Assembly (NCBI GenBank): GCA_964560655.1
Contig: CAZLLR010000001.1
Location: 36,202 to 100,201, forward strand
DNA: 64,000 nt
Direction: 5' to 3'
DNA from: an uncultured Candidatus Saccharibacteria bacterium
GTDB lineage: Bacteria; Patescibacteriota; Minisyncoccia; GCA-002772825
Shown: piece after piece, positions 19,201-27,196 of the stretch
Layout of the letters: the number at the start of each line of letters is the position of its first letter
Position numbering within the stretch: position 1 is the stretch's first letter
Notes under the pieces: generated by a model
The model's database searches: none
What the model saw: the letters and a program-made list of their open reading frames with translations, nothing else
What the model was told of the DNA's origin: nothing
Program-made: the position numbers and the translations under genes

Positions 19201-19942
19201 TGAGATGATCAAACCTAAAAATCCAGCTATCTTATCTCATGAAGACGGAATAGTAAGCGGTATAACATCAGAAGGGGAAGAGCGGACTCTAACGATATTA
19301 GTAAAAGAGCCTAAGGGAAAATCTGGTAAAGACAAGAATGAAATATCTCATATTATTCCTTTTGGAAGAGACATCATAGTGGAAGAAGGACAGGAAATTA
19401 AGTCAGGGACTCCTCTAACAGACGGCGCCATAGATATAGCAGAGCTCTTCTCAACAGGAGGACAAGAGGCAGCTCAAAATTATATACTCTCTGAGATTGA
19501 TACTATCTATTCTTCTCAAGGAGCGGCTATTGCGAGTAAGCATATTGAAACGATAATAAGTAAAATGTTCTCTAGGTTCAAAGTTAAGAGCCAAGGAGAT
19601 ACTAAGTTCAACACCGGAGAAGTGATTGAAAGGTCAGCTCTTATAGAAGAAAATAATAAGATGAAAGAACAAGGAAAGGAAAAAGCTGAAGGGATAAAAC
19701 AACTTATGGGTATAAGAAAAGTAGCGCTTACAACTGGAAGCTTCTTGTCCTCAGCCTCATTCCAAGACACCACAAGGATATTGGTGCGTACTGCCTTAAG
19801 TGGCGCAGAAGATAAACTTGTAGGACTTAAAGAGAACGTGATGATAGGACGCCTTATTCCAGCAGGAACAGGCTTTAGGAAAAAAGGAGAAAGAAAACCT
19901 GAAAAAGAATATACAGGGGAAGACGAGAAGACTGAAGAGTAG
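16292..19942 (+). CDS. rpoC: DNA-directed RNA polymerase subunit beta'
   Basis: 1216 aa. Zn-finger [21 protein letters not shown] and catalytic [16 protein letters not shown]. Confidence 0.95.
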   Translation: [1216 protein letters not shown]

Positions 19943-20022
19943 TTTCTGGCTAGCCTTACACACCCTTTTATTTTATCGGTTTGATAAATATATATTTAAT
20001 TACTTATCTTTATTCTCTTATT

Positions 20023-21759
20023 ATGTCGTCAAATGTAGATCAAATAAAATCTCGTATCTCTATAGCCGATCTCGTCGGTTCTTACCTAAAGCTATACAAG
20101 GCAGGGGCTAACTTTAAGGCAGTTTGCCCTTTTCATAACGAAAAAACTCCATCTTTCTTCATATCACCAGCCCGTGAAAGTTGGCATTGCTTTGGCTGTA
20201 ACAGAGGGGGAGACATCTTCAGTTTCGTAATGGAGATAGAGGGAATAGATTTCTTAGAAGCTTTGAAGATGCTTGCTCTACGCGCCGGAGTAGAACTAAA
20301 GAGAGAAAACCCTACAGAAAGAAATGAAAAAGAAATTTTGACAAAGATAACAGAGGCTTCTGTTTCTTTCTACCAGGGTGAGTTAAATAACGGAAGTGAA
20401 GCTTATCTTTACCTTAAAGCTCGTGGACTAAACGATGACACAATAAAAAACTTCCATATCGGCTTTGCAAAAGCTGGCTGGAGAAACTTATATGACTTTC
20501 TCAAGAGTAAAAAATTTTCCGACTCAGATATAGAAAAAGCGGGCATGGTTATAAAGTCACCTAAGGGCTTATACGATAGGTTTCGCTCTAGGATAATGTT
20601 TCCAATCTTTAACTCCTTGGGGCAACCAGTAGGTTTTAGTGGTAGGATATTTGGGGAAGAAAGCCAAGGGGCAGTAAGTGCCAAATACATAAACAGCCCC
20701 CAGACACCCCTCTTTGACAAATCAAAGGTTCTCTATGGCTTCGACAAAGCCAGAAACTCTATAAGGCAAGAGAACACCTGTATACTCGTAGAAGGGCAGA
20801 TGGACCTCCTTATGAGTCAGCAGACATCTACCTTAAACACAGTTGCCACTTCAGGTACAGCTCTTACAGAAGAACATCTAAAGATCATAAGAAGGCTAGC
20901 CGATAACCTCGTCCTTTCCTTTGATACCGATGAAGCTGGGCTTGCCGCCTCAGAAAGAGCAGTGGGGATGGCGCTTTCCAGGGGCTTTGACGTGAAGATA
21001 GCTGAGATTTCAGAGAAGGATCCGGCTGACTTGATAAAGAAAAATCAAGAAGAGTGGGAAGAAGCTATCTCTAAGGCACAGCCTTTTATAACTTTCTACC
21101 TAAATACACTTATCTTAAAGTTTAAAGACATTAAGGATGCGCGAAAAGAAGTTGAGAAAAAAATCGTGCCACTTTTGGCCAAGATACAGAGTGAGATAGA
21201 GCGCTCACATTATGTCAAAGAGACAGCCAAAGCCATACGTCTTCAAGAGGAGCCTGTGATGGAAGAGCTTAATAAATTTATAAAAAATAACAAGAAAAAA
21301 GTTTTCACAAATAATTCTCAGAACTTAGTCAAAGAGACATCTAGATCAGACCCGAAGAACCGGCGCCAATCTATAGAAGATAGACTCCTAGGGTTGATCT
21401 TATGGCAAAAGAAGAAAGAAAAGAGTGATTTTAAGCCTGTGTTAGACGCGGTAGCCGTAAAATGCTTTGACTTATTCTCTGATGAAGGCAAGAATTTGTT
21501 AAAAAAAGAAAATAGTGAATTTGACGAAAAGGAAAAAAAATCTTATAATAAATTAACTTTTGAGGCAGAACTTTCTTATGGTGACTCTGAGACACTAGAC
21601 AAAGAAGCTGAGATACTACTTGCAGGAATAGAGAAAGAGGATTTAAAGGAAAAACTAGAAGATCTATCTGATAAGATTCGTCAATTTGAAATTGCAGGTG
21701 ACCAAGAAAACCTTTCTTTATCATTAAAAAAATTCCAAGAATTAATAAAACTTTTATAA
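20023..21759 (+). CDS. dnaG: DNA primase DnaG
   Basis: Zn-ribbon CPFHNEKTPSF...WHCFGC, Toprim domain and C-terminal helical domain. The ORF-track start at 19981 is a TTG, so the ATG at 20023 (MSSNVDQIK) is preferred. Confidence 0.9.
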   Translation: MSSNVDQIKSRISIADLVGSYLKLYKAGANFKAVCPFHNEKTPSFFISPARESWHCFGCNRGGDIFSFVMEIEGIDFLEALKMLALRAGVELKRENPTERNEKEILTKITEASVSFYQGELNNGSEAYLYLKARGLNDDTIKNFHIGFAKAGWRNLYDFLKSKKFSDSDIEKAGMVIKSPKGLYDRFRSRIMFPIFNSLGQPVGFSGRIFGEESQGAVSAKYINSPQTPLFDKSKVLYGFDKARNSIRQENTCILVEGQMDLLMSQQTSTLNTVATSGTALTEEHLKIIRRLADNLVLSFDTDEAGLAASERAVGMALSRGFDVKIAEISEKDPADLIKKNQEEWEEAISKAQPFITFYLNTLILKFKDIKDARKEVEKKIVPLLAKIQSEIERSHYVKETAKAIRLQEEPVMEELNKFIKNNKKKVFTNNSQNLVKETSRSDPKNRRQSIEDRLLGLILWQKKKEKSDFKPVLDAVAVKCFDLFSDEGKNLLKKENSEFDEKEKKSYNKLTFEAELSYGDSETLDKEAEILLAGIEKEDLKEKLEDLSDKIRQFEIAGDQENLSLSLKKFQELIKLL

Positions 21760-21762
21760 ATA

Positions 21763-23037
21763 ATGAAAAAAAATATGAATAAGAAAAAAACTCTAATTAA
21801 AAAGACAAAAGTGACAAAAACAAAAAAAGTGAAGAAGGTAGCCAAGCCTAAAAAAGTAGCGAAAAAAGTTACTAAAGAGAAAAAGATCTCTAGCGTTAAA
21901 AAAACTGCAAGTGTAGCTAAAAAACCTACCCCAACAAAAAGAAGAAAAAAACTATCTAAGGAGGAGACAAGTGAAAAGATAGATATTCTTATGAAAAAAG
22001 GTTCTCTTAGGGGTTTCGTGACTTATGCTGAGATACTAAAAGAATTCCCTAACATAGAAAACGATATTATGTTCCTAGACGAACTATATCAAGACTTGCA
22101 AAGAAGCGGAATAGATATCTTAGAAGGTGGAGTAACAGGCCTCTTGGAGGAACCGAAAGTTGAAAAGAAATCAAGAAAAGCCCCAAAGAAAATGTTTTCA
22201 TCTTCTTCTGAGCTTGATCCTATCCAGATGTATCTTAAAGAGATTGGAAGGATTTCACTTCTAAACACAGAAGAAGAAAGGAAGCTCGCTAAAGCTTCAA
22301 TGGAAGGAGACGAAGAATCAAAGACAAAGCTTGCTCAAGCAAACCTAAGGCTTGTAGTGTCCATTGCGAAAAGATATGTAGGAAGAAGCCCAGACCTCAC
22401 CTTACTTGACCTTATACAAGAGGGGAATATTGGACTTTTTAAGGCAGTGGAAAAATTCGACTGGACTAAGGGATATAAATTCTCAACTTACGCCACTTGG
22501 TGGATAAGACAAGCAGTGACAAGAGCCTTGGCAGACCAAGCACGTACTATCCGCATACCCGTTCATATGATAGAGACTATAACTAAATTTAAACAGAACT
22601 CCAGAAAGCTAGCTCGCGAACTTGGTAGAGAGCCATTAGACGAAGAGGTAGCAGCAGAGATGGGGCTAGATGTCAGTAAGATTCATCATATAAAGAAGAT
22701 CTCTCAAGGAACTCTTTCTCTTGAGGCGCCTATTGGAGACGATTCTGAAAAATCAACTCTTAGTGAATTTGTCGCTGATGACAAAATACTCTCACCTGAG
22801 CAACAGACATCACAAAGGATACTAAAGGATCAGATAGATGAGATAATAGCCGATCTTTCTCCAAAGGAACAGAAGATACTAAAGATGCGTTTCGGCTTAG
22901 ATGACGGAGTAAGCCATACCTTGGAAGAAGTAGGAAGAGAATTTGGCGTTACCAGAGAGCGAATTAGGCAAATCGAATCTAAAGTTATAGAGAAGATACG
23001 CCAGCATGAAAAGATAAAACAATTAAGGAGTTACTAA
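21763..23037 (+). CDS. rpoD: RNA polymerase sigma factor RpoD (sigma-70) with Lys/Ala/Pro-rich N-terminal tail
   Basis: Regions 1.2-4 ([47 protein letters not shown]). The first 65 aa or so are a histone-H1-like [12 protein letters not shown] tract. Confidence 0.9.
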   Translation: MKKNMNKKKTLIKKTKVTKTKKVKKVAKPKKVAKKVTKEKKISSVKKTASVAKKPTPTKRRKKLSKEETSEKIDILMKKGSLRGFVTYAEILKEFPNIENDIMFLDELYQDLQRSGIDILEGGVTGLLEEPKVEKKSRKAPKKMFSSSSELDPIQMYLKEIGRISLLNTEEERKLAKASMEGDEESKTKLAQANLRLVVSIAKRYVGRSPDLTLLDLIQEGNIGLFKAVEKFDWTKGYKFSTYATWWIRQAVTRALADQARTIRIPVHMIETITKFKQNSRKLARELGREPLDEEVAAEMGLDVSKIHHIKKISQGTLSLEAPIGDDSEKSTLSEFVADDKILSPEQQTSQRILKDQIDEIIADLSPKEQKILKMRFGLDDGVSHTLEEVGREFGVTRERIRQIESKVIEKIRQHEKIKQLRSY

Positions 23038-23115
23038 GAGTAGCCACTTAGAACATGTTGCAAAAATATGCAAAACCAGTAGAATAAATAAGAGCCTGTA
23101 AGGGTTCTTATTTAT

Positions 23116-23187
23116 TCCGGCGTAGCTCAGTGGTAGAGCAGTTGACTGTTAATCAATTGGTCGCAGGTTCGAATCCTGCCGCCGGAG
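23116..23187 (+). tRNA. tRNA-Asn (anticodon GUU)
   Basis: 72 nt. Acceptor TCCGGCG/CGCCGGA, D-arm GCTCAGTGGTAGAGC, anticodon loop CTGTTAA, T-loop TTCGAAT. U1-A72 as in E. coli tRNA-Asn. Confidence 0.8.
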
Positions 23188-23245
23188 CAGAATAGACACT
23201 CTTCAAAATTTTGTAATTTATAGTGAAAAAAGCTACAATTTATCT

Positions 23246-23737
23246 GTGAAGATAATCAAGAAAATAGGCATAAATCTAGTAAATTATATAAGGAAAATAT
23301 ATTGGTTTACATTCAGGCCCACTACAATAGGGGTCAGGCTTTTAAATGTACACGATAATGAGATTTTACTTGTACGGCATACTTACTCTAACTACTGGTA
23401 TCTACCTGGAGGAGGAGCTAAAAAGAGGGTAGGTATTATAGACTCTCTAAAAAAAGAAATTAAAGATGAGCTCACTGTAGCACTAAATGAAGATCAACTA
23501 AATAATATCAATCTACTCGGAATCTATAACAATTTCCAAGAATATAAGAATGATTATATTTTTCTCTTTATTTTAGAAAATGAAAGGCTAATTCTATCTG
23601 ACACTAAAAGTATTGAGATAGAAGAAGCCAAGTACTTTAGTCTTGATGCCTTGCCTAGCAACATATCTCCCGGAACAAAAAGAAGAATAGATGATTCTTT
23701 ATCAAGAAGAAATAAGGTGATAATAGATAAATGGTAG
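23246..23737 (+). CDS. NUDIX-fold protein with a degenerate Nudix box
   Basis: LPGGGAKKRVGIIDSLKKEIKDEL approximates GX5EX7REUXEEXGU, but the first Glu is absent and R is replaced by K. Confidence 0.4.
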   Translation: MKIIKKIGINLVNYIRKIYWFTFRPTTIGVRLLNVHDNEILLVRHTYSNYWYLPGGGAKKRVGIIDSLKKEIKDELTVALNEDQLNNINLLGIYNNFQEYKNDYIFLFILENERLILSDTKSIEIEEAKYFSLDALPSNISPGTKRRIDDSLSRRNKVIIDKW

Positions 23738-23821
23738 AAAAAGGACCCGACACCTTTTACTTGTTTTTTGTAAAGATTGTTAATAAGAAAAAAGGAGGAA
23801 CAAAAGAAAATCGTGAATAAA

Positions 23822-23858
23822 AAAAGGGGTTAGCATTATAGCTAACCCCTTTCTCATA
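23822..23858. terminator. bidirectional hairpin AAAGGGGTTAGC...GCTAACCCCTTT
   Basis: 12-bp stem between convergent genes (23246 on plus, 23870 on minus). Confidence 0.6.
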
Positions 23859-23869
23859 AACCATACCTC

Positions 23870-24070
23870 TTACTTCGGGTTCCATGGGAGTTTTTTCCAC
23901 TGTCCTCCGGGAATCCTGACTGTGGTGTGCCCATTATTGACCTCACCTTTCGGATCTATATTGAAGGAATCGTGGACGTCTCCTCCAATTGGTGATGAGC
24001 CTGCCGGCTGTATGCCAAAATTGGGCTTTAAGGGCTTGAAGCCTGAGTTTCCTCCATTCATGATAATCAC
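23870..24070 (-). CDS. 66-aa Gly/Pro-rich small protein P1 (MIIMNGGNSGFKPLKPNFGIQPAGSSPIGGDVHDSFNIDPKGEVNNGHTTVRIPGGQWKKLPWNPK)
   Basis: Minus strand. AGGAGGTG SD 7 nt before the ATG, sigma70 promoter (TTGACT-17-TATTCT) upstream, terminator downstream. Paralogous to the 26410 ORF. Confidence 0.55.
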   Translation of the reverse strand: MIIMNGGNSGFKPLKPNFGIQPAGSSPIGGDVHDSFNIDPKGEVNNGHTTVRIPGGQWKKLPWNPK

Positions 24071-24127
24071 CTCCTTTCTATTGTCAGCAGTAAAACTGAT
24101 TAAAAAATAAAAAACTTATCTATTTTC

Positions 24128-24156
24128 AGAATAACAATCTTTTTAAAATTAGTCAA
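24128..24156 (-). promoter_or_regulatory. sigma70-like promoter for the 23870..24070 gene (TTGACT-17-TATTCT on minus strand)
   Basis: -35 at plus coordinates 24151-24156 and -10 at 24128-24133, with exactly 17-nt spacing. Confidence 0.5.
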
Positions 24157-24251
24157 TATATTTTTATATATTAAAAACTAACCAAATAGGTTCGAACATC
24201 GTCTAGTGATTTGACAAAATAGCACTTTAATGCTATCTTTTTATTAGATAA

Positions 24252-24281
24252 AAACTAAACTTTGTACATAAAAAAAGGAGG
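24252..24281 (+). promoter_or_regulatory. conserved 5' leader motif (AAACTAAACTTTGTACATAAAAAAAGGAGG), instance 1
   Basis: Member of a recurring element with consensus TAAACTYYGTACTTTAAAAAGGAGG placed immediately 5' of the start codon. Preceded by TTGACA-17-TATCTT. Confidence 0.5.
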
Positions 24282-24288
24282 TGTGATT

Positions 24289-24522
24289 ATGAAGCTATCA
24301 GAAAAACGAATAAGGGAGATCGCATTTCTTTACCTCAAGTGGAAACTTGAGAGGGAAGGATTTTCTCTGCAGAATTTTCAAGATAGGGTGACTTTTACAT
24401 GCGGTGCGATAGGCATACCAGAAGAAGAAGGTATGGCGTTCGCAAAAGAAATTCTTACGCGTTTAGAAAAAAGATCTGTCGATGATGCGTTATCAGAGGC
24501 TAAGCCTGTCGGATCTGCGTAA
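24289..24522 (+). CDS. 77-aa hypothetical protein (MKLSEKRIREIAFLYLKWKLEREGF...)
   Basis: ATG at 24289 preceded by the GGAGGTG SD. The ORF-track start at 24262 lies inside the leader motif. Confidence 0.55.
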   Translation: MKLSEKRIREIAFLYLKWKLEREGFSLQNFQDRVTFTCGAIGIPEEEGMAFAKEILTRLEKRSVDDALSEAKPVGSA

Positions 24523-24541
24523 ATGTAACACTCTTTTTTAA

Positions 24542-24567
24542 AGACCACACAAAACATCGTGTGGTCT
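24542..24567. terminator. hairpin AGACCACAC-aaaacatc-GTGTGGTCT (bidirectional)
   Basis: 9-bp stem with A-run before and T/C-run after. The ACCACRC/GYGTGGT stem type recurs at 26623 and 29779. Confidence 0.6.
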
Positions 24568-24576
24568 TTCTTCTTG

Positions 24577-25500
24577 CTATTGTAAGAGTAGTTGTGCTAA
24601 TGAATCAATGACCCCTGGGTTGATATTATATTTAGGAAAGGAACCAAAAGGATTCACGTCTATCACAATTGGTTCTTCTCCTGAGATTACATCTATACAT
24701 AGATACTCTAGATTCAAATTTTTACAAAGAGACTTAAATTTACTCTCATACTCTTTAAAAATATCTGTTTCTATTTTAACTAATCTCGCTGAGCTTTTAT
24801 CTAGAGGATCGATTTCTTCTCTTTTATAAGAGAATATTTTATCTCCTATAATAAAGATTCTGTATTCCTCTCCCTTTATCTTATTTTGTAAAAGACAAGT
24901 CCCGAATATATCTATATGTTTTTTTAAATCAATATTTCCTTCAATAATATGAGGTGGATAAATATAAGCTGTATCCCCGCTATCTTCTTCAAAAGATAAC
25001 ATTTCTTTTAATTGAGTTTCTGCCTCAGGTAAAGCTTGAGAGAAATAACAATTTCCAAGACTTTTAGAAATCTGTGTTTCTGAAAATTTTAAGTCCATAT
25101 TATTTTTTCTTAATACAAAAGAATTTGGTGTTTTAATTCCACATTCCCTTACTTTTTTGAGAGAATAAAGTCTATTTCGAGCAAAGTGTGCATCTTTGAT
25201 ATTATTTATACTAATATCAGTAAACAAAAGTCCGAGAGTTTTGAAGAATTCAGTATTTTCTCTTTTTTGGTAATCTTCCGTATGTGGGCTAATCAAATCA
25301 TAAGGGTATCTAATAAATGCTCGGGTAAAGGTTTTTATTGGATGTTTTTCTACTTTTTCTCCAATGTAAACAAATTTATCATCAACAGCCTTGATATCTT
25401 TATCTGAAAAAATAAGATCTTCTTTTTTTGATATTTTTCGGATAGATTTTTCTAAATCTCCTAAACTATTATATGAGCAAGCGAGTAATATTTTATTCAT
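24577..25500 (-). CDS. ATP-grasp ligase, RimK-like
   Basis: EYRIFIIGDKIFSYKRE matches RimK DIRCLVVGDEVV, and LEYLCIDVISGEEPIVIDVNPFGSF matches the RimK/MdnC C-terminal E-x-N Mg-binding motif. 307 aa. Confidence 0.65.
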   Translation of the reverse strand: MNKILLACSYNSLGDLEKSIRKISKKEDLIFSDKDIKAVDDKFVYIGEKVEKHPIKTFTRAFIRYPYDLISPHTEDYQKRENTEFFKTLGLLFTDISINNIKDAHFARNRLYSLKKVRECGIKTPNSFVLRKNNMDLKFSETQISKSLGNCYFSQALPEAETQLKEMLSFEEDSGDTAYIYPPHIIEGNIDLKKHIDIFGTCLLQNKIKGEEYRIFIIGDKIFSYKREEIDPLDKSSARLVKIETDIFKEYESKFKSLCKNLNLEYLCIDVISGEEPIVIDVNPFGSFPKYNINPGVIDSLAQLLLQ

Positions 25501-25513
25501 AGAAATTAAAATA

Positions 25514-25541
25514 AACAGGAGCGGATAACCGCTCCTGTTTA
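25514..25541 (-). terminator. perfect hairpin AAACAGGAGCGG-ttat-CCGCTCCTGTTT followed by a T-rich run on the minus strand, 13 nt upstream of the ATP-grasp ATG
   Basis: 12-bp stem, and the U-tract is present only on the minus strand. Positioned like an attenuator of a transcript reading into the ATP-grasp gene. Confidence 0.5.
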
Positions 25542-25699
25542 AATACTTAATCTTTCCAAATTTTATTTGCCATAATAAATATTATTAATTAATAATGGAC
25601 TAATTTAATGCTATCATAAAGTATTTTTTCTATCAACTAGGTCAAATAATTACCTTTTTTACCCAAAACTGGACATCAATTCTAAATCCTTCTTAACCT

Positions 25700-25900
25700 C
25701 CATCCAGTTCAAAGTTCTGAATGTATCCAGTAGACGGAGCCAAACAGAACAGCCCTCCAATTTTCGTCCGCGCCGAGCGTGGGGCGTGCGATGGGAGTGG
25801 AATTACCACGCACTCGGTGTGGAAGTGGTCGAGCTTTGTTCGAAATAAGTTCGGATTTCATCATATAGACGGAGTCTCGTAAAATAATCTCAAAATTAAA
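25700..25900. ncRNA. candidate structured RNA / GC-rich leader element (unassigned)
   Basis: Local GC-rich block in an AT-rich genome (CCGCGCCGAGCGTGGGGCGTGCGATGGGAGTGG...). Internal complementary segments CCGAGTGCGTGG / CCACGCTCGG. The only overlapping ORF (25709..25939, minus) starts with TTG, has no SD, and has atypical composition. Confidence 0.25.
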
Positions 25901-26022
25901 ATATTCTATATCAGAGGTTACATATTCATCTATGTTCAAGCCACTTGTCTTTTTTCATATATATGATTTAATGAAAATAGATATATTGGTCTTTAAAAAT
26001 CGTAAAGAAGGAGGTGAGTAAG

Positions 26023-26364
26023 ATGGCAGATTTTAAAGTGAAACTTATACAAATTCCCATTATTCCAAGTTTGAGTCCCGGAACACCGGAGTTTAGAGAA
26101 GATAGACGCGCTCATATGTCCACATTAATGTCTATCTATGAGATGAGTAAGAAGGAAAGGACTTGCCCTAGATGCGGTGAAAATAAAAGTCCAACTAAAC
26201 CCCAATGTTTCTCTTGTCTTTCAACAAGTGTTCTAAGCCTCCATTACCTTTCCGAACAAACAAAGGAATGTAAATTTCACGGAATTAATTTCTGTCCAAA
26301 ATGCGACAAATTTATGCCCTCATTTATGAAAAAATGCCCCAGCTGCTTTTATAAAAGGAGTTGA
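26023..26364 (+). CDS. 113-aa Cys-rich small protein with four CxxC pairs, N-terminus MADF
   Basis: SD AAGGAGGTG. CPRC...CFSC and CPKC...CPSC. The first 30 or so nt including the SD are near-identical to the 26410 ORF. Confidence 0.55.
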   Translation: MADFKVKLIQIPIIPSLSPGTPEFREDRRAHMSTLMSIYEMSKKERTCPRCGENKSPTKPQCFSCLSTSVLSLHYLSEQTKECKFHGINFCPKCDKFMPSFMKKCPSCFYKRS

Positions 26365-26409
26365 ACTCTAAACATGCCTATACTGTATATAAAAAGGAGG
26401 TGAGTAGAA

Positions 26410-26606
26410 TGGCAGATTTTAGAGATAGCTTCCCTAAGGTAGACCCTCGCATGAAGATCAGATCTGATCTCGATAACCGTAAACACGGACCGCATCATGA
26501 TGTGTTCGTCCCTGTTTCTGGAGGAACTGATCAAACAAGGGTTACCCCCGATGGAGAGGTGATCGGCGGAACTACTAACATAGGAAAAGCCAAAAAGGAC
26601 TGGTAA
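26410..26606 (+). CDS. 65-aa small protein P2 (MADFRDSFPKVDPRMKIRSDLDNRKHGPHHDVFVPVSGGTDQTRVTPDGEVIGGTTNIGKAKKDW)
   Basis: SD AAGGAGGTG. N-terminus is duplicated from the 26023 ORF. The C-terminal PDGEVxGGTT...KK block is paralogous to P1 (23870..24070). Confidence 0.55.
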
Positions 26607-26617
26607 ATACCAATTCT

Positions 26618-26652
26618 AAAAAGGCCACATAAAAGATTGTGTGGCCTTTTTT
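26618..26652 (+). terminator. rho-independent terminator GGCCACA-taaaagatt-TGTGGCC + TTTTTT
   Basis: Stem plus T-run after the 26410 ORF. Confidence 0.65.
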
Positions 26653-26743
26653 ACCCCAAACAGGTTCAAATATCGTCACCACAAGAGTACTTCCATTTTC
26701 TAATTCGCAATCTCAAAGAAAATTAGGTCGCCAGTAGGCGGAG

Positions 26744-26772
26744 TTGACCTTCTTAAGTATATATTATATAGT
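26744..26772 (+). promoter_or_regulatory. promoter TTGACC-17-TATAGT
   Basis: Same architecture as the promoters at 29225 and 31909. Upstream flank carries CCAGTAGGCGGAG. Confidence 0.45.
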
Positions 26773-26783
26773 ATTTTTAGAAT

Positions 26784-26810
26784 TAAACTAAACTTTGTAC
26801 TTTAAAGGGG
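26784..26810 (+). promoter_or_regulatory. conserved 5' leader motif, instance 2 (TAAACTAAACTTTGTACTTTAAAGGGG)
   Basis: See the 24252 entry. Confidence 0.5.
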
Positions 26811-26817
26811 TGAGATT

Positions 26818-27177
26818 ATGACAATGGAAGAAGACACAGTAGATCGTAGTCCGAGAAGAATAGATCGAACAAGAATTTTTAAAGGTAACTTCGCTCGAAA
26901 AATACTTAAAAGATCAAGATATTCTCCCATAGAAGTTGAAAACTTCATGATAAAGAATAAAGTTTACTGGAATGGAGATCTCGAACTTAAGGAAAACGGT
27001 GTCCATAGTCATTGCTACTACACAGAGATGTTCTGGAGTATCATGAAGAGAATACCTACTGGCGTCCATGAAATATCTGAAATAGAATCATTCAAGCCAA
27101 GGAGACCAATTGTTTTACTACTTAGATTCTTCGGTTCTTATCTGTATTTAACAAAGCTAAAGAAATCTTTATCTTAA
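26818..27177 (+). CDS. 119-aa hypothetical protein
   Basis: ORF with the conserved leader/SD. No recognisable domain. Confidence 0.5.
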   Translation: MTMEEDTVDRSPRRIDRTRIFKGNFARKILKRSRYSPIEVENFMIKNKVYWNGDLELKENGVHSHCYYTEMFWSIMKRIPTGVHEISEIESFKPRRPIVLLLRFFGSYLYLTKLKKSLS

Positions 27178-27196
27178 CCCATAAGGAGATAGACAA

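Noticed and set aside
23246-23737. Confident NUDIX hydrolase call
   Set aside because: The Nudix box is degenerate (first Glu missing, R replaced by K). Kept only as a low-confidence NUDIX-fold-like protein.
23922-24110. 62-aa plus-strand ORF overlapping the P1 small-protein gene
   Set aside because: The opposite-strand gene has promoter, SD and terminator and a paralog (P2). This ORF has none of these.
25709-25939. 76-aa minus-strand ORF in the GC-rich region upstream of the ATP-grasp gene
   Set aside because: TTG start, no SD, composition unlike neighbouring genes. The region is more plausibly structured RNA (see findings).
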